Assembly: GCA_002269645.1 (NCBI GenBank)
Contig: NIVC01000691.1
Location: 124,001-188,000, forward strand
Origin: Macrostomum lignano
Taxonomy: Eukaryota
Length of the DNA: 64,000 bases
Direction of reading: 5' to 3'
Below are positions 56,812 through 64,000 of the stretch, piece after piece. A program made the translations under genes and the position numbers. Under the pieces are notes generated by a model that did no database searches, was not told the origin of the DNA, and was given only the letters and a program-made list of their open reading frames with translations. Numbering within the stretch: the first letter of the stretch is position 1; every line of letters begins with the position of its first letter.

Positions 56812-57499
56812 TGGAGTCTGTCAATTGATGATTTAAGATTCGACAATTTTTTCTGAGGACTCTTGTTGGTGCTCTGAAATGTGACAATTGGGAAATTTTC
56901 AGTGAATTCCAGACAAATTTATAATTCTTTTAATAAACATATCAGCAAAATGTAATTTTACAAAGCGTTTTTGATTTATGACTTGACTATTTGTTTGTTT
57001 GCTAAAGAAAATGGTTTGAATACTATATTCGACTTAACCAAATAACTCACAAGAGTAAACCACTTTGCGCTACCGGGAATAAATCCATTGAAACTTTCAA
57101 AAAGACTGCACTGGACAGTAGAATGAGAAAAATCGAGTACTTTTAGAGGGGTAGAAGAAAAGAAAGGTTTCAGCACCGAAGACTGTACTTAGTTTCAGAA
57201 TGTGACGCAGAATTTTATTTGTGCTAGAGATTAATACGTTAACGTCTGATAGATGGAGCGAGAGGACTTGGCTAATAAGACTTGACCATTTGAACAATTG
57301 GTGTTAGCAATTGGGAATGAAACATGCGCAAATTTATCTTTTTTTAAAGTGATCTATATTGGGGCACAGTTAATGTTTGGTGGCAGTGGTTCGATTTTTA
57401 ATAGAGAGCACAAGACCTCTGCCTATTAAAGACTCCGGGGGACTTCTATGAGTTGGTGTGATAGAAGCATGACCTACACCAATCCGCAGGTGCAATCCG

Positions 57500-60100
57500 T
57501 GCTTCGTGTGATTTTATATCGAAAGAGTCGTACAGCAAGTCGTGCCGGTGGATGCTGGACACTGGAGTGCAGATCATCGACGTTGCATTGAGAGAGCTGG
57601 GTGGTCCTTGTGAACTACAACCAGCAGACGCCAGGCCTGTCGATGGACGTCTCCGCTCTCGAGCTGCTCAGAAGTGCAATATTACGGTGTAACTTGGAAA
57701 CCAGCTGCGCAGACAGTTGAACTGAAGGGGATTCGCTCAGATTTCATCCTACGGATGGACTTCGAAGGCAAGGCGGTCAGATCAACCAGCACTGTCGAGT
57801 CTGCAAAGATGATTGCATCCAATGGCGTGTCCGCTGCGTTTAGCGACATCGAACGCAAACGTGATGTACCGGTCCTACCGCTTAGCGCTCCTGTGCTCAT
57901 TTCCAGAGGTCAGAGCGCCGTCGTGGTACCGCCGAGGTCAACGAAGGTCGTGAACGTGGCGACGAAGTTACAGCAGGCAAAGAGTTTTTTGAGTCATCGC
58001 AAGAGTGCAACGACAGAACCCAAGTACTGCCCTGCCGCGTGTTCGTGGTGTCTCGACCAGAGGAGAGATTTCGGTTTAAATGAAACCGAGGAAGACTTGA
58101 GTTACAGCCCAGTCATGCTGTTCTGCAACCAAAGCATCAGCACTTTCGAGACAAGAATAAGAATGATAAAGCCATCGACCCAGATCGTGCTGGACGAATG
58201 CGCGTGTCCCATCAGCGACGTACCACGTCGCGTTGCACACACTTTAAGGAGGCAGGTGGCTGAGAAGCTGGAGCAAAGGGATCGGCATGGCGTCATCGAA
58301 GCCGGGGCTGTTGGCCCCAGGATCTCAGCACCTGCACTTGTGTGAAATCGCGTGGTTAAGAACTGTATCTGTGCATTATGAGTCTGCTTTGGCCTCTTTC
58401 CTAGCCAGCGATGCTCACACCTGCCCTGTTTTGGTGAGATGATGGCTCAAGAGACCTCGTATTCCGTTTTTCACCTTGCTAGGCGCACTTCGAAGTGTAC
58501 TCGTCCCGTGGGTGTTAAGGCAGGATTCCTGTGTCTTGATGAGCAGCTTCTTTGACGCAGAGGTTCTGATTTTACAATAAACTCACCCTCTAAGGTTCAA
58601 GTGTAACTCCGCTATAATGGACGCTTGGCCGAGGAGTAGTCTGGTCGCCAACAATTTTCCCTAGGCCCTTGTGTCCCGCTGCTTGGTTTGGGGTTGCCGC
58701 CTTGCGGCTCTTTGCCTGTGCTCTGCTGGAAGTCCCAACTTTTCCAGTTCAAGTTAATGGCTTCTAGCCGAAGTAATCTACCGGCTGCGAACGACACAGT
58801 GTCTCCGGCCTCGATCGGAGCTGTGGACTCCGCAGCCATACGATCTGCTTTCATCGGGGACGCCCCGGCGAGACCCATGGAGCAAACTCTGAGCGGTGCC
58901 TCTGCGATCTGCCACTCCAGCTACCAATAGACGGCTGAGCACCACCTCTGGAGCTGCCCGCCGCCGATTTAACGAGGCGAAGCGGGCCAAAATGGACGGA
59001 AACCTGACCAGTTCCAGGGGCCAACGCTTCTGCAGAGGTAGACATTTTTCGGGTGTTGAGGGGCAGATGTTCAGGCAGACAACGCCAACCGCCGGATCAT
59101 TACACAGCGAACTGGTGACAAACTGTTTGCTGTGGGTTGTCTTCCAGCCTCGGCAGTGAGCAAAATTCAACTGCTAGACATCCTCAGCTAGTCTCCTAAG
59201 GACGCCGTCGGCTTCTTCAACAGATGACACCAGACACCAGAGACGGATTACCCTATCCCCCTTGGTAGTTCGACGGTTAGCGAATGGATTGGTATTCTTA
59301 TTATTAATATAGATCTTTCAGCATTAGAAGGCCTGAACTATCTATTTTAAGGGGCCTGGATACAGGACCCAACTCACATTGATCATCTGATCATCAGAGT
59401 TCAAATTCCCTGAGGCCACTCTTAGTAGTCTAGCAAGTACAAGGTAGGTGATTGGTGAACTGAAGTCGCTACACAATCTCCAAACACGGAACATCTTTTT
59501 GAGTATATTTGAGGATTGGGGAACGCAATAAACAAAAAGAGCATGTTGCATATTACATTAGCAACGAGTATTATAGTATGTGAATTGGGTCAAATTGAAT
59601 CAACCGTAACATTATGCAATGATATGATAATTATGCAAGACGGACGGCCCACCCCCTAATTTAAAAAATTAATTTCTTACATTGTGAGTATGATGGAAAG
59701 AGATAAATTTCGAATGACGAATGAATGAGACGATCCGGCGAGCTGTGCCCTGAAGCGCCCCTGGCAGAGAATTGGAACTGGGAAGACCGGACGACACTTC
59801 TGGACGCACCCCCAGTAGACGGTGAGCGACAAGTAGATGAGACAGCACGGGCCAAGTCGACACGAGATGAGACAGCACGGGCCGACAGACTAGCTCGTAA
59901 TGGACTGAGTGCAAGGTAGGTGAACTGAAGGAGGGCAGAAGTCGCTACAGGAATGACGGTACGTCTGCTCAGAAGGGGTGGTGGCAGCCTCCGTGGTCGG
60001 GGGTCCTCTTCAGCAGACCGGAGACTATCATAGGCATCTTTGCAACAAGAGGAGACGATATACCCTCAGGCCAGAAGGCTACATGTACTTTAAAATTCTT
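57500..60100 (+). mobile_element. Decayed Gypsy pol relic, unrelated in sequence to the intact element
   Basis: CRWMLDTGVQIIDV (protease DTG, ~57543-57585), DFILR, VVVPPRSTKVV, and IVLDE..PISDVPRRVAHTLRRQV...GVIE (RT entry). Multiple stops and frameshifts. The 3' boundary is uncertain. Confidence 0.6.
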
Positions 60101-60124
60101 TCACTCAGATCGAGGGACCTGTAA

Positions 60125-61692
60125 TTAGAGGCCTATGTAATCAGAGGTCTGTGTAATCAGAGGTCTGTGTAATCAGAGGTCTGTGTAATCAGAGGTCTGT
60201 GTAATCAGAGGTCTGTGTAATCAGAGGTCTGTGTAATCAGAGGTCTGTGTAATCAGAGGTCTGTGTAATCAGAGGTCTGTGTAATCAGAGGTCTGTGTAG
60301 CTCGTAATCAGATGTCTGTGTAGCTCGTAATCAGATGTCTGTGTAGCTCGTAATCAGAGGCCTGTGTAATCAGAGGCCTGTGAAATCAGAGGTCTGTGTA
60401 ATCAGAGGTCTGTGTAATCAGAGGTCTGTGTAATCAGAGGTCTGTGTAATCAGAGGTCTGTGTAATCAGAGGTCTGTGTAGCTCGTAATCAGATGTCTGT
60501 ATAGCTCGTAATCAGATGTCTGTGTAGCTCGTAATCAGAGGCCTGTGTAATCAGAGGCCTGTGTAATCAGAGGCCTGTGTAATCAGAGGCCTGTGTAATC
60601 AGAGGCCTGTGTAATCAGAGGCCTGTGTAATCAGAGGCCTGTGTAATCAGAGGTCTGTGTAATCAGAGGTCTGTGTAATCAGAGGTCTGTGTAATCAGAG
60701 GCCTGTGTAATCAGAGGCCTGTGTAATCAGAGGCCTGTGTAATCAGAGGCCTGTGTAATCAGAGGCCTGTGTAATCAGAGGTCTGTGTAATCAGAGGTCT
60801 GTGTAATCAGAGGTCTGTGTAGCTCGTAATCAGATGTCTGTGTAGCTCGTAATCAGAGGCCTGTGTAATCAGAGGCCTGTGTAATCAGAGGCCTGTGTAA
60901 TCAGAGGCCTGTGTAATCAGAGGCCTGTGTAATCAGAGGCCTGTGTAATCAGAGGCCTGTGTAATCAGAGGCCTGTGTAATCAGAGGCCTGTGTAATCAG
61001 AGGCCTGTGTAATCAGAGGCCTGTGTAATCAGAGGCCTGTGTAATCAGAGGCCTGTGTAATCAGAGGCCTGTGTAATCAGAGGCCTGTGTAATCAGAGGC
61101 CTGTGTAATCAGAGGCCTGTGTAATCAGAGGCCTGTGTAATCAGAGGCCTGTGTAATCAGAGGCCTGTGTAATCAGAGGCCTGTGTAATCAGAGGCCTGT
61201 GTAATCAGAGGCCTGTGTAATCAGAGGCCTGTGTAATCAGAGGCCTGTGTAATCAGAGGCCTGTGTAATCAGAGGCCTGTGTAATCAGAGGCCTGTGAAA
61301 TCAGAGGCCTGTGTAATCAGAGGCCTGTGTGATCAGAGGTCTGTGTAATCAGAGGCCTGTGTAATCAGAGGCCTGTGTAATCAGAGGCCTGTGTAATCAG
61401 AGGCCTGTGTAATCAGAGGCCTGTGTAATCAGAGGCCTGTGTAATCAGAGGCCTGTGTAATCAGAGGCCTGTGTAATCAGAGGCCTGTGTAATCAGAGGC
61501 CTGTGTAATCAGAGGCCTGTGTAATCAGAGGCCTGTGTGATCAGAGGTCTGTGTAATCAGAGGTCTGTGTAATCAGAGGTCTGTGTAGCTCGTAATCAGA
61601 TGTCTGTGTAGCTCGTAATCAGAGGTCTGTGTAATCAGAGGCCTGTGTAATCAGAGGCCTGTGTAATCAGAGGTCTGTGTAATCAGAGGTCT
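60125..61692. repeat. 16-bp satellite (ctgtgtaatcagaggc/t) with interspersed longer variants
   Basis: About 90+ units; variants carry an agctcg insertion. Confidence 0.97.
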
Positions 61693-63109
61693 GGGGAGCA
61701 AGATACATGTATACCAAGCAACTACAACCAAACATTAAAAAATAGACCTTGGCCAAAAAAGTTACCGGCCAAGAAAGTATGGCTAAATTTTTTTTGGCCA
61801 CGGCTGAGGGGGGGCATGGCCCTCTTCCCCCACCCCCTGGATCCGCCCCTACCAAACCACCATAACTTGATCCTTTCAACAGCCAATCAGGACAAGGGCA
61901 GGGTAGAGAATACGTGATAGGCCAGGGGGCCGCACTGATTGACGCAGATGACGCAGACGAACCGGACATGCCCCGAACCAGGACAGAAAAAATAGGGCTG
62001 AGTGGTTAAGCAAACGCGATGAAGAGGTTTCGCTTTTCTTTTTTTCTTTGCATTTGAACTTTGTTTATTTTTTAGTATATTTTAAGCGAATAAGTGATCA
62101 TAAAAACCTCTCACGGTCATTTATCCGTCACGGTAAATTGGTTCAAAATGAAAGGTCTTACGTTGAAATAAATTCAACACCTAAGCCTTTCCTATGCTTG
62201 CATCGAAAAAAGGTGTACAAGCAATTGTTAGCATGTCTTTATTTTGCTTCAATTGCTACAACCTAAATATTGGGTAACTGGTGGCATTGTTTGCCTCCTG
62301 ATAGTACCCCTTGATACCCCTCACCTGCTTCTTTGCTACCCTTAACATCCCCTCATTTGAGTCTTTGGTCTCCTACCTTAGACTTTGCTCCCTGATGTCC
62401 CATCACCTGAGTCTTTGCTCTCCTAAGATCCCCTCATCCGTTTCTTCGCTCTACTATATAGAGATTCCCTTATCTGAGTCATTGCTCTTCTTGTGTTTCC
62501 TCACTGAGTCTCTACTCCCCTTGACATTCCCTCATCTGAGTCTTTAGATCCCGTCTTTAGTCCCGTGTTTAGTCTTTAGTCCCTTAGATCCTGTCAATTG
62601 AGACTTTTGCTCCTCTTGATATCCCTTCACTTCAGTCTTAGCTCCCCTTGAAATCCCCGCACCTACTAAGACTGCTCCTCTTGAGATTCCGCTCCCTGAC
62701 GTTCCACCACCTAAGACTTGACTCCATGAGATTTTTACACCTGAAACTGTCCCCACTGGAAATTCGCCAAAAGAAATGTCAAAATAAGAGCACAGCAGCT
62801 GTCAGTCACTTACAGTACAGTCGCTGTGCGCCCTGGGGGCGATAGAAGCTCTTGTTGGCACCGAGACCGCGTTTAGTTGTGTCACCAGCTTATTGAAGGC
62901 GAGAAAACTTCAGCTGCTGTGTGTAAAAAAGAAAGTTACGGTGAGAATTTAAATTGGCACGATTTGACGTTGCCGCTGAGTTTCAGAAATGATACACTTT
63001 TGTACGTAATCAGTGGAAACGTGTAGTTTTGATTTGAATTCAATGTTGAATTATGAATTTTTCAAGAAGAAAGACGTCCAAGGACAACTAAAGCAACGTA
63101 TATACTTAA

Positions 63110-63532
63110 GTAGTCCTTGAGGATGTGAAGAAGAGCAGAGGCTCAAGTGAGGGGATAAGGATGTCAAGAACAGCAGAGGCTCAAGTGAGGGGATGAGGAT
63201 GTCAAGAACAGCAGAGGCTCAAGTGAGGGGATGAGGATGTCAAGAACAGCAGAGGCTCAAGTGAGGGGATGAGGATGTCAAGAAGAGCAGTGGCTCAAGT
63301 GAGGGGATGAGGATGTCAAGAAGAGCAGAGGCTCAAGTGAGGGGATAAGGATTTCAAGAACAGCAGAGGCTCAAGTGAGGGGATGAGGATGTCAAGAACA
63401 GCAGAGGCTCAAGTGAGGGGATGAGGATGTCAAGAACAGCAGAGGCTCAAGTGAGGGGATGAGGATGTCAAGAACAGCAGAGGCTCAAGTGAGGGGATGA
63501 GGATGTCAAGAACAGCAGAGGCTCAAGTGAGG
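63110..63532. repeat. 38-bp tandem repeat (gaggatgtcaagaacagcagaggctcaagtgaggggat)
   Basis: About 11 units. Confidence 0.95.
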
Positions 63533-64000
63533 AATCTTTAAAGAAAACCAAAGCAAAGTTGAAGTGCACATATGGATCAAAGACACGGGTGAGGGGATCT
63601 CAAAGGTTACCAAGACAGAATGAATGCTCTTAAGGGGATCAAATTCTTAACTGAGGATCTAAAGGGGAGAAAATACTCAGGTGATGCAATCTCAGGGAGA
63701 CAAGGCTCTCCCTAGGATTCCCTGAGATTTTCAAAGAGTCTTTACACCCCTTGAAATCCCTCACATAAGCTTTTGATCCCCTTAGGAGCCGCTCACTGTG
63801 TCTTGGTTCCCTTTGTGATCCCCTCACCTAAGTCATTGCTTCCCTTTTAGACTGTTCCCCTGATAAGCCATCAACTTTGACTACCTGAGGGCCCCTCATT
63901 TGAGACTAATTGGCTCCCTGATATCCGTTCACATGCAACTTGGCTCGATGAGATTTTTTACCTGAAACTGTCCCCCAGAGGAGATTTAGCAACAGAAGCA

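Overview
Eukaryotic (animal) genomic DNA with GC-rich, intron-poor genes and dense micro/minisatellites. The style suggests a free-living flatworm such as Macrostomum, but that is inference only. Host genes: a 4-TM MS4A-like gene; a head-to-head MORN2/ANKRD53 pair sharing an RFX X-box; a signal-peptide JmjC + EF-hand + KDEL oxygenase; an orphan rhodopsin-like GPCR; two PAN/C-type-lectin paralogs with a hypervariable binding loop; a third PAN gene; and an ankyrin-repeat TRP channel with a TRPM-like pore. The TRP coding exon is split by a young 15.4-kb Gypsy LTR retrotransposon (40947-56351; near-identical LTRs, CTGC TSD, tRNA-Gln PBS, PPT). That element carries a full-length RNase H-bearing LINE (LOA/R1-like) inserted exactly at the gag ATG with a 16-bp TSD. 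The Gypsy element is the most unusual object here. Its Gag has an UNR/CSDE1-like cold-shock domain between the zinc knuckle and the protease. Its 3' region carries three antisense Tudor-domain motifs (F/YIDF/YGN), an antisense Arg/Gly/Ala-rich ORF and a GC hairpin array, which may be a counter-defence against the piRNA pathway.
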